A stretch of 64,000 bases of DNA from Bacteroidales bacterium (lineage in GTDB: Bacteria > Bacteroidota > Bacteroidia > Bacteroidales > UBA932), in the NCBI GenBank assembly GCA_022653735.1, contig JALCSU010000002.1:29643-93642 (forward strand), in the 5' to 3' direction. This document shows, piece by piece, positions 29,594-40,881 of the stretch; position 1 is the first letter of the stretch, and the number at the start of each line of letters is the position of its first letter. Position numbers and translations under genes: made by a program. The notes under the pieces were generated by a model, which did not search any database, was not told the DNA's origin, and saw only the letters and a list, made by a program, of their open reading frames with translations.

Positions 29594-31636
29594 ATGGCAG
29601 AGAAGAAAAATAATGAAACCCTAGAGAAGGGACGCATTGGGGTGACTACAGAGAATATATTCCCTGTAATCAAGCAGTTCCTGTATTCAGACCATGAGAT
29701 ATTCCTGCGAGAGATCGTGGCAAACGCCGTAGATGCCACGCAGAAGATGAAGGCGATTGCCTCCAGCGGGGAATTCAAAGGCGAGACAGGAGACCTGAAG
29801 GTCAGGATTGAACTGGATGAGGATGCTAAAACCCTGAAAGTGATTGATAACGGCATCGGAATGACTGAGGAAGAGGTTGACAAATACATCAACCAGATTG
29901 CATTCTCTTCCGCAGGCGAATTCCTTGAGAAATATAAGGATCAGAATATCATCGGACATTTCGGGCTCGGGTTCTATTCCGCGTTCATGGTGTCCAAGAA
30001 AGTGACCATCGAAACCCTCTCTTGGAAAGAAGGCTCGAAGGCTGTCATGTGGTCATGCGATGGCAACCCTGAGTACGAAATGAAGCCTTGCGACAAGGCC
30101 GATAGGGGCACTGTCGTTACGCTTTATTTCGATGACGATTCAGCCAAGGATTATGGAACGAAAGGCAAGATAGAGCAGCTGCTGAAGAAATATTGCAAAT
30201 TCATGCCGGTACCGATCGTCTATGGCAAGCAGCAGGAATGGAAAGACGGGAAATATGTGGACACCGAAAAGGACAACATCATCAATGACGTTGAACCGCT
30301 TTGGATCCGCAAGCCATCAGAACTGAAAGAAGAGGACTACATGAAGTTCTACAGGGCTCTTTATCCGATGAAGGAAGAACCTCTGTTCTATATTCATTTG
30401 AACGTGGATTATCCTTTCAACCTGACAGGAATCCTCTATTTCCCTAAAATCAAGGACAGGGTTGCCATCGAGAGGAATAACATCCAGCTCTATTGCAACC
30501 AGATGTTCGTGACCGACCACGTGGATAACATAGTATCGGACTTCATGACACTTCTGCACGGCGTGATTGATTCCCCTGACATTCCTCTGAACGTGTCCAG
30601 AAGCTACCTGCAGAACGATGAGAACGTGAAGAAAATCTCTTCCTACATCACTAAGAAAGTGGCTGACAGGTTGGAGGAAATATTCAAGAATGATCGCAAG
30701 TCATGGGAAGAGAAATGGGACAACCTGAAGTTGTTCATCGAATATGGAATGCTGAGCGACGAGAAGTTCTGCGAGAGGGCTCTCAAGTTTGCCCTTTTCA
30801 AGAACACCGATGGGAAATATTTCGCATTCGACGATTACCGCAAGGCGATAGAAGGGGAGCAGACCGACAAAGACAAGAAGGTGGTTTATCTCTATGCCAC
30901 TAACGTGAATGAGCAATATTCCTACATAGAGGCGGCGAAGAACAAGGGCTACGACGTGCTGCTGATGGACTGTGAGTTGGATGCCCATTATGTGAATATG
31001 CTGGAACAGAAGATTCCGGACAGCCGTTTCGCAAGAGTCGACTCCGATTCTGCCGATAACCTCATCGTGAAGGAAGACAAGCCGAAGCCTCAGATGGCAG
31101 ACTTAGACAAGGAGGACTTGAATACCATGTTCAAAGCTGTGCTGCCTGACGAAAATGAATACTATGTCCAGCCAGACAACCTGGGCGAGAACGCTGCCCC
31201 TATCCTCATCACGCAGAGCGAGTTCATGCGTCGCTGGAGAGAGATGAGCGCGCTTGGCGGAGGCCTCAATTTCTATGGAGAGTCGAAACCATCCTACAAT
31301 ATCGTAGTGAATATGGAGAACCCTCTCATCGCCCAGCTTTGGAACAAAGAAAAAGCTGAGGTGCCAGCCCTTGACCCTAAGGAAGTCGAGATTCCGGAGG
31401 TGAAGAAAGACGCAACCGAGGAAGAGAAAAAAGCTGCGGAGGATGCCAGAAAGGCTGCTGACGAGAAGAAAGCTGCTCACAAAGAGGCTCTGGAAGACCT
31501 TGCAAGGAAAGATGAAGTCCTGAGGCAAATTACCGATCTTGCCCTCCTTTCCAACGGAATGCTGAAAGGAAAAGCCCTTGCGGATTTTATAGACAGGAGC
31601 CAGAAAGTCGTAAAAGAGGCTTATCTGAGCAAGTAA
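29594..31636 (+). CDS. htpG: Hsp90 chaperone HtpG
   Basis: LYSDHEIFLRE, DNGIGM, IGHFGLGFYSAFMV, IPLNVSRS. Confidence 0.97.
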   Translation: MAEKKNNETLEKGRIGVTTENIFPVIKQFLYSDHEIFLREIVANAVDATQKMKAIASSGEFKGETGDLKVRIELDEDAKTLKVIDNGIGMTEEEVDKYINQIAFSSAGEFLEKYKDQNIIGHFGLGFYSAFMVSKKVTIETLSWKEGSKAVMWSCDGNPEYEMKPCDKADRGTVVTLYFDDDSAKDYGTKGKIEQLLKKYCKFMPVPIVYGKQQEWKDGKYVDTEKDNIINDVEPLWIRKPSELKEEDYMKFYRALYPMKEEPLFYIHLNVDYPFNLTGILYFPKIKDRVAIERNNIQLYCNQMFVTDHVDNIVSDFMTLLHGVIDSPDIPLNVSRSYLQNDENVKKISSYITKKVADRLEEIFKNDRKSWEEKWDNLKLFIEYGMLSDEKFCERALKFALFKNTDGKYFAFDDYRKAIEGEQTDKDKKVVYLYATNVNEQYSYIEAAKNKGYDVLLMDCELDAHYVNMLEQKIPDSRFARVDSDSADNLIVKEDKPKPQMADLDKEDLNTMFKAVLPDENEYYVQPDNLGENAAPILITQSEFMRRWREMSALGGGLNFYGESKPSYNIVVNMENPLIAQLWNKEKAEVPALDPKEVEIPEVKKDATEEEKKAAEDARKAADEKKAAHKEALEDLARKDEVLRQITDLALLSNGMLKGKALADFIDRSQKVVKEAYLSK

Positions 31637-31693
31637 ATTTGGTTTTCTTCTGAAAAATTGCGTACTTTTGCATGATTTAGCCAATTGTACGCA

Positions 31694-32167
31694 ATGCCAG
31701 AAGCACATTCCGAATATCCGCTCGACCCAGAGAAGGTGTATCTTTCCATGGATGAGCTGACTTTGCAGACGGATGAGGGTCCTAAGACTCTCAAACTGGG
31801 TGCGTGGCTGAATTACGACCCTGTGCGCATACACAAGATGATCGTGAAAGACAAAACCCTTCAGGTGGATCAGATAGAGATTTATGCTCCTCTGATGAGC
31901 AAGCTCCGCAGGGCTGACCAGGAATATTACCGAAGGTTCATGGGACTGAACGTTACCATTGATTTTCCTGGCTTCGATTCAGACATATTGGCGAAAATTC
32001 CGTTCGAGAACGATCCTGTCGGCTTTTACAAATGGTGGCGTAAAGGGAAGCGCGAAAGCAAGGTATACCTGTCAAAGGTTAACCAGTATAAGCTGTTTCA
32101 GAAAGTGGCCCTGATGGACCCGAAGATCATGCTGAAGAAAGATTTGGATTTCCTTAAGAATTTCTGA
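31694..32167 (+). CDS. Hypothetical protein
   Basis: Coding-like ORF packed into an operon, preceded by a TACTTTTG -7 element at about 31663. Confidence 0.75.
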   Translation: MPEAHSEYPLDPEKVYLSMDELTLQTDEGPKTLKLGAWLNYDPVRIHKMIVKDKTLQVDQIEIYAPLMSKLRRADQEYYRRFMGLNVTIDFPGFDSDILAKIPFENDPVGFYKWWRKGKRESKVYLSKVNQYKLFQKVALMDPKIMLKKDLDFLKNF

Positions 32168-32171
32168 AGCC

Positions 32172-32873
32172 ATGGCCGACGACTGGAAACAATTGCTCTC
32201 TTTGAACACGGCTCCTTCCGAAGAGGAAAGGAAATCGGACGTGTGGGACGATGAGAACTGCTGTAATTATTCTGTCGACGGCTCGAAACTTCTGGAGGCG
32301 TACAACTTTCCTGGAACCGTTCATGTAAAAGAAGGCACTCAAGTAATCTGCGATGAGGCTTTCGCTTTTCAGGACTACATGGCTGAGGACCGGAGAGCAG
32401 GGGAGCGTATCCCTGAAGATGAGAGAGTTTCTTACCTGGATAAAATCTTCCTGCCATCGAGCGTGACTCACATCGGAGCCGCCGCATTCAGAGAGTGCGG
32501 CTGGATGAAAAGCATCCGCCTGCCAAAATCGTTGAGGGTGATTGGCGAGGATGCTTTTTTCGGTTGCTGGCAATTGCGGAGCATAGCTCTTCCTGCGGCG
32601 ACGCTGGTCATCGGGGATGGAGCGTTCGCTGAATGTTTCGAGCTCTCGAAAGTGCGCTTAAACAAAGGCCTGAAGGCAATAGGGGCAGATTCTTTCTATT
32701 ATTGCGAGTCTCTGACGGAAATATATTTGCCGTCTTCTCTAGAATTCATTGGCAGCAATGCTTTCATGGGCGCAAAGCATCTGAAAACTATATTCGTGGC
32801 CCCATCGACAAGGCAGAGAATAGCTGCCATGCTGTCACCAACCCTAGTTAAGAAAATCAAGAATGTTAAATGA
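32172..32873 (+). CDS. BspA-type leucine-rich repeat (LRR_5) protein
   Basis: Repeated LPxSLxxIGxxAFxxCxxL units. Confidence 0.9.
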   Translation: MADDWKQLLSLNTAPSEEERKSDVWDDENCCNYSVDGSKLLEAYNFPGTVHVKEGTQVICDEAFAFQDYMAEDRRAGERIPEDERVSYLDKIFLPSSVTHIGAAAFRECGWMKSIRLPKSLRVIGEDAFFGCWQLRSIALPAATLVIGDGAFAECFELSKVRLNKGLKAIGADSFYYCESLTEIYLPSSLEFIGSNAFMGAKHLKTIFVAPSTRQRIAAMLSPTLVKKIKNVK

Positions 32874-33634
32874 GTCCGGAAGCCCAAGATGTCAGGAATG
32901 TCATCATGAACCTTTCGAGGGTATATTCTTTTATGAATATGCCTCAGGGAGTCAAAATAGACTGCACCGACATTGAAGGCTGTTCCTGCTATTGCGATTC
33001 GTCCGCTGAGGCCCAGATAAAGTCCCGGATGGCTGCTGCCGTGCCAGTGGGAGCAGATGGCGTGCATTTCATTGACAGCGGCGACTATCACTATATCACT
33101 AAATTCTGGACGGACAGAATTCGAGAGCCTTTCAATCTCATATTATTCGACCATCATCCCGACATGCAGGATCCTGAGTTCCCCGGCTTCCTGAGCTGTG
33201 GCGGCTGGGTCAGGGCAGTGATGGACAACCCTTATTCAAAGAAGGTGCTCATAGCCGGTGCCAATCCCGACCTTGCTAAAGAGGCGCTCATGGCGGCAGA
33301 CAGGGTCTGGCTGATAGACGAGCGCCATATCACCAACGATGCTCTCGAGGATGCCCTGCCGTTTTTCGACCTTAGCCTCCCTGTCTATGTCAGCATTGAT
33401 AAGGATGTTCTGGACACCGAGTGGGCCAGGACTGACTGGGATCAAGGGAAGATGACCCTCCAGATGCTTGAGAGTTGGCTAAGGCAAATATTCGGGAAAG
33501 TAAGGGTGATAGGCGTGGACATATGTGGGGAGAACCCTGGCATGGCTGAGGAATTAAGCGATGACTGGGAGGTCAATTCCTGTACTAATATGGAACTTTT
33601 TGCTTATATTTGTTTACTATTCAAAAGCCAATGA
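32870..33634 (+). CDS. Arginase/ureohydrolase-fold protein
   Basis: SGDYHY, FDHHPD, SCGGW, SIDKDVL, GVDICGE. Confidence 0.8.
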   Translation: MSPEAQDVRNVIMNLSRVYSFMNMPQGVKIDCTDIEGCSCYCDSSAEAQIKSRMAAAVPVGADGVHFIDSGDYHYITKFWTDRIREPFNLILFDHHPDMQDPEFPGFLSCGGWVRAVMDNPYSKKVLIAGANPDLAKEALMAADRVWLIDERHITNDALEDALPFFDLSLPVYVSIDKDVLDTEWARTDWDQGKMTLQMLESWLRQIFGKVRVIGVDICGENPGMAEELSDDWEVNSCTNMELFAYICLLFKSQ

Positions 33635-33635
33635 A

Positions 33636-35084
33636 ATGAATAAATTTCTCGTCATGTCGGCAATCGCCGTTGCCAGTCTTGCGGTAGTTTCGTGCAAGTC
33701 TACGGTCAAGGCGCCGCAAAAGCCTGATTATCAGATGAGTTATTCAGTGGGTGACGTCACTTTCGAGATGACGAAGATTCCTGCTGGTTTCTTCAAGATG
33801 GGCATGTCTTCTGACAACCGGAAGAAGGTGGATGACAGCTATGTTCGAGAAGTGGCTTTGGATGGTTTCGTAATCAGCGCCCCGGTGACCAATGCCTTAT
33901 GGAAAGCGGTAATGGGGGACAATAGAGCTGGCAAGCCGGAAGCGCCCGTGGACATGGTCTCTTGGGCCGACATCCAGAAGTTCATGGCTAAGCTGAACAA
34001 GGTTACCGGCAAGGTTTTCATGCTCCCTGACGAGGCTCAGTGGGAATACGCTTCTGGAGTGGAGGATTTCGGAAAGGTACTTGGGCAGAGGTCTGAATGG
34101 TGCCTGGACAGTTATGTCTCGCCAGATGAACTCCGAAGCGCCCAGAAGGAATCCATGACCGGAGGTCTGCTACGTAATCCGGCTCCGGAGGAAAAAGGTG
34201 ACGAGAAGGTTATCAGGAACATGGCCGCCAGAATGCCATTGGAGATGCATACCCGAAAGGCAGGGCTTGGCTTCAGGCTTGTCCAGCCAACCGGAGAAAT
34301 ATTCAGCGAGGACTTGTTCAATAGCCTCACCGGCGCTGTCCAAGACAGGGAACCGGTACGCACCTTGGATGGCAAGTCCGAGAAATTCACCGTGAACGGG
34401 GTTGAGTTCGAGATGGTCAAGGTCTCTGGTGGAACGTTCATGATGGGATTCAGCGAGAGCGACATGCCTTTCGCGAAATTCACTGCGCCGGAAAACGAGA
34501 AGAACGCGCATGAGGTGACGCTCGACGATTTTGAAATCGGCAAGACCGAGGTCACTGCCGCCCTTTGGAAAGCGGTGATGGGCAGCCTGCCGTACTTGAA
34601 CGACCCCGAAGACCTTCAGAAACCTGTAGGCAACGTCTCTTGGTTCGACTGCAAGCAGTTCATCCTAAGACTTAATTCACTGACGGGAAGGAAATTCTGC
34701 CTTCCTACCGAAGCTGAATGGGAATATGCCGCCAGAGGCGGAAAACTTTCGAAGCACAGCGGATTCAGCGGCTCTAACGACGCTGTCTTTGCTATGTGGT
34801 TCGTGGATAACGCCAAGATGGAGAAGCATGACGTGGCCACCAAGAAGCCTAACGAGCTGGGAATATACGACATGAGCGGCAATGTCTGGGAATGGTGCAA
34901 TGACTATGGCGAAAATTACGGGAACGATGCACAGACCAATCCGGTAGGTCCCGAGGAGGGTAACATGAGGGTTATGAGGGGAGGCAGCTGCGCCAGCAAA
35001 TGGGATGCATGCAGGATTTCCAACAGATCATTCATCCCGCCGGAGAACATAAAGAGCACCTTCGGTTTCAGGCTTGCGATTTAA
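33636..35084 (+). CDS. Lipoprotein with tandem FGE-sulfatase (SUMF1) domains
   Basis: Lipobox VVSC; LPDEAQWEYA and LPTEAEWEYAARGG; PNELGIYDMSGNVWEWC; RGGS; GFRL occurs twice. Confidence 0.88.
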   Translation: MNKFLVMSAIAVASLAVVSCKSTVKAPQKPDYQMSYSVGDVTFEMTKIPAGFFKMGMSSDNRKKVDDSYVREVALDGFVISAPVTNALWKAVMGDNRAGKPEAPVDMVSWADIQKFMAKLNKVTGKVFMLPDEAQWEYASGVEDFGKVLGQRSEWCLDSYVSPDELRSAQKESMTGGLLRNPAPEEKGDEKVIRNMAARMPLEMHTRKAGLGFRLVQPTGEIFSEDLFNSLTGAVQDREPVRTLDGKSEKFTVNGVEFEMVKVSGGTFMMGFSESDMPFAKFTAPENEKNAHEVTLDDFEIGKTEVTAALWKAVMGSLPYLNDPEDLQKPVGNVSWFDCKQFILRLNSLTGRKFCLPTEAEWEYAARGGKLSKHSGFSGSNDAVFAMWFVDNAKMEKHDVATKKPNELGIYDMSGNVWEWCNDYGENYGNDAQTNPVGPEEGNMRVMRGGSCASKWDACRISNRSFIPPENIKSTFGFRLAI

Positions 35085-35147
35085 TGTGACAATATTTGAT
35101 TAAATTATTATATTGTTAAACAAATACCTTAATATTCATAAAGAGTC

Positions 35148-36248
35148 ATGGAAGAAAACCTGAAAGTAACGTGCCTGCATGACAAGCATGTCGCTCTGGG
35201 AGCAAAGATGAGCCCGTTCGCTGGCTTCGATATGCCAATACAGTACACTTCAATTACGGAGGAACACAACGCCGTTCGTAATAAGGTAGGGATGTTCGAC
35301 GTGTCGCACATGGGAGAAGTCTTCATTAGCGGACCGGATGCCACTAAGTTCGTCAATCACATATTCACTAATGACGTAAATTCTATCCAGCAAGGACAGA
35401 TCCTGTATGGAATGATGCTTTACCCTGATGGGGGTACTGTGGATGACTTGCTAGTATACAAAGAATTCCAGACGGATCATTACCTTCTAGTCGTGAATGC
35501 AGCGAACATAGATAAAGACTATCAATGGATTCTGGATAATGCCAAAGGTTACGATGTGGAAATCGTCAATGATTCTCAGAACTGGGGACAGCTTGCCATT
35601 CAAGGGCCTGATGCAGAGGCTGTGGTTGAAAAAGTTACAGGCTTGGCCGTTAGCGAGCTCACATTCTACACGTTCAATGATTTCGTGGTTGATGGCAAGA
35701 GGATCATCATCAGCCGCACTGGCTATACCGGAGAAGACGGATTTGAGATTTACGCTAATCCGGACCTGATCAGGAAATATTGGGATGAGTTCATAGACGC
35801 AGGCGTTACCCCTTGCGGACTGGGATGCCGCGACACTCTCCGTTTCGAGGCGGGGCTTCCGCTTTACGGTGACGAGCTCAGCAAGGACATCTCCCCTGTG
35901 GTGGCAGGATACTCGATGTTCTGCAAGCTGGACAAGGAAGAATTCATCGGCAAAGATGCTATAGCCAAGCAGAAAGCTGAAGGTACTCCTATGAAGCTGG
36001 TGGGCATCGAGCTGAAAGACAGAGCTGTTCCAAGAGCAGGTTACCCTGTCCTCCTTGCCGATGGAACCGAGGTCGGCCACGTCACGACTGGCTATCATTC
36101 CATAACCCTTGACAAAAGCCTTTGCTATGCTTTAGTCAAAAGGGAGTGCGGAGCTCTCGGCAATGTGCTTTACGTGCAGATTCGCAAGAAAGTGTTCGAG
36201 GGCACGGTGGTTAAGAAAAGATTTTATCAAAGCAACTATAAAAAATAA
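35148..36248 (+). CDS. gcvT: Glycine cleavage aminomethyltransferase T
   Basis: [36 protein letters not shown]. Confidence 0.97.
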   Translation: MEENLKVTCLHDKHVALGAKMSPFAGFDMPIQYTSITEEHNAVRNKVGMFDVSHMGEVFISGPDATKFVNHIFTNDVNSIQQGQILYGMMLYPDGGTVDDLLVYKEFQTDHYLLVVNAANIDKDYQWILDNAKGYDVEIVNDSQNWGQLAIQGPDAEAVVEKVTGLAVSELTFYTFNDFVVDGKRIIISRTGYTGEDGFEIYANPDLIRKYWDEFIDAGVTPCGLGCRDTLRFEAGLPLYGDELSKDISPVVAGYSMFCKLDKEEFIGKDAIAKQKAEGTPMKLVGIELKDRAVPRAGYPVLLADGTEVGHVTTGYHSITLDKSLCYALVKRECGALGNVLYVQIRKKVFEGTVVKKRFYQSNYKK

Positions 36249-36256
36249 GATTTATC

Positions 36257-36637
36257 ATGAGCAAGACTATTGAAGGCCTCCGTTACAGCGAGGATCACGA
36301 GTGGGTAAAGGTTGAGGGTGGCACAGCCCTCATCGGGATAACTGATTTCGCCCAGAGTTCACTTGGGGACATAACATACGCCGATCTTCCGGAAGCAGGC
36401 GATGAAGTGGAAGCAGGCGAAGAATTCGGAGCTTTGGAAAGCGTCAAGGCTTCCAGCGAGCTGCTTTCTCCAGTTTCCGGCAAAGTTACCGAAGTGAATG
36501 CCGACCTTGAAAATGCGCCGGAGAAAATCAATGAGGATCCTTACGGAACCTGGATCATCAAGGTGGAACTGAGCGATCCTTCACAGGTTGAATCCCTGAT
36601 GGATGCCGCCGCTTACGAGGAATTCACAAACAAATAA
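36257..36637 (+). CDS. gcvH: Glycine cleavage H protein
   Basis: HEWV, GITDFAQ, ESVKAS lipoyl-Lys motif, NEDPYG. Confidence 0.97.
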   Translation: MSKTIEGLRYSEDHEWVKVEGGTALIGITDFAQSSLGDITYADLPEAGDEVEAGEEFGALESVKASSELLSPVSGKVTEVNADLENAPEKINEDPYGTWIIKVELSDPSQVESLMDAAAYEEFTNK

Positions 36638-36642
36638 GGAGC

Positions 36643-37968
36643 ATGGCGAATTTTGCATATTTCCCTCATACCGATGAGGATATTCGCCAGATGCTCGAGA
36701 GAATAGGGGTCTCCTCTTTGGATGACCTCTATTCTGATGTTCCGGAGACTGTGAAGCACAATGGCGATTATGATCTTCCTGACGCCATGTCTGAGGATGA
36801 GGTTAGGGAATATTTCGAAAAGCTGGACAAGAAAGACGAAAAACTGAAGGTGTTCGTGGGCCAGGGCGCTTACGACCATTACGCTCCTTCGGTGGTGCCG
36901 TACATCACTTCCAGGTCGGAATTCCTGACGGCATACACCCCGTACCAGGCTGAAATATCCCAAGGGACTCTCAGGTACATATTCGAGTATCAGAGCATGA
37001 TTTGCGCCTTGACTGGCATGGATGTCAGCAATGCTTCAATGTACGATGGCCCGACTGCTGCGGCTGAAGCCGTGAAGATGGCTCCTGCCTGCACAAAGCA
37101 CAAGACCAGGGTGCTCATCTCCGAGACCCTGCTCCCTAACGTGATAAAGGTCATCGAGACTTACGCCAAATATCACGGGATCGAGCTTGGATATATTCCT
37201 GTGATGGACGGACACACCAGTCCTCACCACATGAGGGCAGAACTTTCCAAAGGTGACGTGGCTGGAGTCGTGGTGCCTTCCGTCAACCGTTACGGGATTA
37301 TCGAGGACCTCACCGGATTTGCGGAAGCCATCCATGAGGAAGGCGGAATATTCATAGAATATTGCGACCCTTCTGCCCTTGCGGTGCTCAGGACTCCTGG
37401 CGAGTGGGGGGCTGACATTGCAGTCGGTGACGGGCAGAGCTTGGGAATTCCTTTGAGCTTCGGCGGTCCTTATGTCGGCTTCATGGCCTGCAAGAATGGA
37501 TATGTCCGCAAAATGCCTGGCCGTATCGTCGGCGAAACTGTCGATTCCGAGGGACGCAGGTGCTTCTGCCTCACTCTGCAGGCTCGCGAGCAGCATATTC
37601 GTAGAGAAAAAGCTACTTCCAACATTTGCTCCAATGAGAGCCTGATGGCGCTTTATGTGACCGTCTATCTCTCAATCATGGGCCCTCAGGGCATGAAAGA
37701 AGTGAATGACCAATCATACGCAGCCTCTCATTATCTTCATGACGAACTGCTAAAAACTGGAAAATTCGAAGAGGTCTTCACTCAGCCGTTCTTGAAGGAG
37801 TTCGTGCTGAAGCCGCTGATTCCTGTGGAGAAGCTGCAGATGAAGCTGCTTGACGGAGGTTTCTTCGCCGGTCTTGAGACCGAAGAGGGCTATGTCACTT
37901 TCTGTGCTACGGAAAGGCGCACGAAGGCAGAAATCGACGAACTTGTAAAATTAGTGAAGGAGGCGTGA
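36643..37968 (+). CDS. gcvPA: Glycine dehydrogenase subunit 1
   Basis: [45 protein letters not shown]. Confidence 0.95.
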   Translation: MANFAYFPHTDEDIRQMLERIGVSSLDDLYSDVPETVKHNGDYDLPDAMSEDEVREYFEKLDKKDEKLKVFVGQGAYDHYAPSVVPYITSRSEFLTAYTPYQAEISQGTLRYIFEYQSMICALTGMDVSNASMYDGPTAAAEAVKMAPACTKHKTRVLISETLLPNVIKVIETYAKYHGIELGYIPVMDGHTSPHHMRAELSKGDVAGVVVPSVNRYGIIEDLTGFAEAIHEEGGIFIEYCDPSALAVLRTPGEWGADIAVGDGQSLGIPLSFGGPYVGFMACKNGYVRKMPGRIVGETVDSEGRRCFCLTLQAREQHIRREKATSNICSNESLMALYVTVYLSIMGPQGMKEVNDQSYAASHYLHDELLKTGKFEEVFTQPFLKEFVLKPLIPVEKLQMKLLDGGFFAGLETEEGYVTFCATERRTKAEIDELVKLVKEA

Positions 37969-37972
37969 GAAT

Positions 37973-39505
37973 ATGAAATATTACGATAAATTAATATTTG
38001 AACTCTCCAAAGAGGGGAGAATCGGATATTCGCTTAGGAAGAACGGGTGGACTGCCTCAACGGACTCGATTCCTGCCGGGCTCAGGCGCCCAGTCCCTGC
38101 AGCACTGCCTCAGGTGAGCGAGGTGGACGTCGTGCGTCACTACACTAACCTGTCGCAGATGAATTTCGGCGTAGATACCGGTTTCTATCCGCTTGGCAGC
38201 TGCACGATGAAGTACAATCCGAAGATAAATGAAGAGATTGCCGGGATGAAAGGTTTCCAGAGCCTGCATCCGTTGCAGCCTGCCTCGACCGTGCAAGGTG
38301 CTCTCCAAGTATATTACGAGATGGACAAATCCCTCGCAGAACTGACCGGGATGGCTCATTTCACGTTCAATCCATGCGCAGGCGCTCACGGAGAGCTGAC
38401 AGGCCTCATGATAATGCGCCAGTACCATCTGCTTCGGGGGGATTTGAAACGTACTAAGGTGATAGTCCCAGACAGTGCTCACGGCACCAATCCTGCCAGC
38501 GCAGCTGTCTGTGGCCTTGATGTCGTTGTCGTCAAATCCAATGCCGACGGCCTGGTGGACGTTGAGGATTTGAAACCTCTGCTCGGCGATGATGTGGCAG
38601 GGATCATGATGACGAATCCGAACACCTTGGGACTCTTCGAGAAAGAAATCCTCGAGATCGCGGAACTGGTTCACGGCTGCGGAGGACTGCTTTATTACGA
38701 CGGAGCCAACATGAATCCGCTTCTTGGAGTTGCGCGTCCGGGTGACATGGGATTTGACATATTGCATCTGAACCTTCACAAGTCGTTCTCCACTCCTCAT
38801 GGCGGTGGCGGTCCTGGCTCAGGCCCGGTAGGCGTTTGCGAGAAACTGGTGCCATATCTTCCTGTTCCTAGGGTGGTAAAGACTTCTGCTGGCAGCTTCG
38901 CCGTAATCGGCCGCGCTGGCGCTGGGAAGTCAAATGCTGCCAAGAACGCTGAAGGTTGCTCTGAGAGCGCTGGCGAGGTTTCTGGTTTCCTTGGGAACTT
39001 CCTCGTTATCCTGAGGGCTTACGCCTACATCCTCATGATCGGCAAACAGAATGTCAAGTTGTTGGGCAAATTGGCCTCTCTGAATGCTAACTACGTCAAG
39101 GAAATCTTGAAAGACAGCTATAAGCTTCCTATTCCTTCGGTCTGCAAGCACGAATTCGTATTCGACGGGCTGATTGATGATGGTGCTTCCAAAGCTTCTG
39201 ACGGCAAGGGCGCGACTACGCTCGATGTTGCTAAGAGGCTTCTGGACTACGGGTTCCATGCGCCTACTATCTATTTCCCTCTGCTTTTCCATCAGGCCCT
39301 GATGATCGAGCCTACGGAGACCGAGTCGAAAGAGACGCTGGATGATTTCATCGACGTGATGAAGAAAATAGCTGTTGAAGCTGCCGAGACCCCTGACTTG
39401 TTGAAGACCGCTCCTCACAATACGCCAATTTCCAGGCCTGATGAGGTGAGGGCAGCCCGACATACTATCTTGAAATATCAAGATGAAGAAACAAACCCTA
39501 ATTAA
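37973..39505 (+). CDS. gcvPB: Glycine dehydrogenase subunit 2
   Basis: [40 protein letters not shown] (PLP Lys), MIEPTETE. Confidence 0.95.
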   Translation: MKYYDKLIFELSKEGRIGYSLRKNGWTASTDSIPAGLRRPVPAALPQVSEVDVVRHYTNLSQMNFGVDTGFYPLGSCTMKYNPKINEEIAGMKGFQSLHPLQPASTVQGALQVYYEMDKSLAELTGMAHFTFNPCAGAHGELTGLMIMRQYHLLRGDLKRTKVIVPDSAHGTNPASAAVCGLDVVVVKSNADGLVDVEDLKPLLGDDVAGIMMTNPNTLGLFEKEILEIAELVHGCGGLLYYDGANMNPLLGVARPGDMGFDILHLNLHKSFSTPHGGGGPGSGPVGVCEKLVPYLPVPRVVKTSAGSFAVIGRAGAGKSNAAKNAEGCSESAGEVSGFLGNFLVILRAYAYILMIGKQNVKLLGKLASLNANYVKEILKDSYKLPIPSVCKHEFVFDGLIDDGASKASDGKGATTLDVAKRLLDYGFHAPTIYFPLLFHQALMIEPTETESKETLDDFIDVMKKIAVEAAETPDLLKTAPHNTPISRPDEVRAARHTILKYQDEETNPN

Positions 39506-39513
39506 TTAATAGC

Positions 39514-40881
39514 ATGAGTAAAAAAATTTCTAGGAGAGACTTCATGAGTTATTCGGCTCTAGGTCTCGCAAGCTTAACGATTCTGCCAAGCTGGACTATT
39601 CCAGACGGGCCGCAGAAAGGGAAGAAGGTTGCTCCGAGCGACCGAATCGTTCTTGGTTTCATCGGCAACGGCCAGCAGGGCAGAAGTGATTTCCGCAGCT
39701 TCTCCACTTGCCCTGGAGTTGAAGTGGCAGCATGCTGCGACGTGGATTCCATCAAGCGTGAGCGCTTCAGAAGGGATGTCGCAAAATGGCAGAAGGAGAA
39801 TGGCATGAATGAGCGTTGCGACATGTATGAATATTATGGCGACCTCATGGAAAGGACGGACATCGATGCGGTGGAGATTGCGACTCCGGATCATTGGCAT
39901 GCTCTGATAGCGATTGCCGCTCTAGATTCCGGCAAGGATGTATACCTGCAGAAGCCTCTGTCCTATACCATCACTGAGGGTCTTGCCGTTCAAACTGCTG
40001 TCAGGCACAATGGCAGAATTTTGCAGATGGGAAGCCAGCAGCGTTCCAGCGCTGAGTTCCAGCAAGCGATTAAGATGGTTCGTGAGAAGGCAATCGGCCA
40101 CCTGGACAAGATTTATTCCAGGGTTGGAGATCCGCCAAAGCCTTTCGACCTTCCAGAGATGCCAGTCCCTGCGAATTTGAATTTCAATCTCTGGCTCGGT
40201 CCTCTCAATGATCCGAAGATCCATTATCATTCAGACATCTGCCCAGTCGTCTCCCTCGACCCACCTCAGGATGAGAAGCTCTGGGGAGCTTGGCGTTGGT
40301 ACTGCGAGACCGGGAACGGCTATCCTGCAGACTGGGGCGCTCACATGTACGACATCGCCCAGGCTGCGCTCGGAATGGATGGCTCTGGCCCAGTGGAATT
40401 CATTCCTAAGGGATACAACGGTGCCGAGCATGACACTATGAAATATGCCAACGGCGTGGTGATGACAGAGCAGCCTTTCGACGAGGAGAAGCCTAACTGG
40501 CAGGGTCTCAAGTTCATTGGCGACAAAGGCTGGATCAAGGTTGCGAGAGGCTACATCGAGTGCTCTGATCCTAAGCTTCTGAAGAAGAGCCAGGAAGAGG
40601 TTAAGGCCGGCCAGTACGAGGTTAGCTCTCCTCACATGCAGAACTTCCTGGATGCGATTCGTGATCATAAGGATCCTATCGCTCCTGTCGAGTGCGGAAC
40701 CAGCACGAACACTCTCTGCTGCCTGACGAACATCGCCCGCGAGCTTAACCGTCCGGTTCACTGGAATCCGGCGACCCTCAGCTTCGAAGGTGATAAGGAA
40801 GCTGCCCATCACAGGCTGTACTACTACGACTACCGTCGCCCGTACAAGCTTCCTTACCTCGACACTCGCAACAATCTTTAG
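39514..40881 (+). CDS. Gfo/Idh/MocA oxidoreductase with Tat signal
   Basis: SRRDFM Tat motif, IGNGQQG, ATPDHWH, YLQKP, DWGAHMYD. Confidence 0.9.
   Translation: MSKKISRRDFMSYSALGLASLTILPSWTIPDGPQKGKKVAPSDRIVLGFIGNGQQGRSDFRSFSTCPGVEVAACCDVDSIKRERFRRDVAKWQKENGMNERCDMYEYYGDLMERTDIDAVEIATPDHWHALIAIAALDSGKDVYLQKPLSYTITEGLAVQTAVRHNGRILQMGSQQRSSAEFQQAIKMVREKAIGHLDKIYSRVGDPPKPFDLPEMPVPANLNFNLWLGPLNDPKIHYHSDICPVVSLDPPQDEKLWGAWRWYCETGNGYPADWGAHMYDIAQAALGMDGSGPVEFIPKGYNGAEHDTMKYANGVVMTEQPFDEEKPNWQGLKFIGDKGWIKVARGYIECSDPKLLKKSQEEVKAGQYEVSSPHMQNFLDAIRDHKDPIAPVECGTSTNTLCCLTNIARELNRPVHWNPATLSFEGDKEAAHHRLYYYDYRRPYKLPYLDTRNNL

Noticed and set aside
33636-35084. DGR target gene (FGE/CLec fold)
   Set aside because: No template repeat, adenine-specific near-duplicate or DGR reverse transcriptase seen in the window
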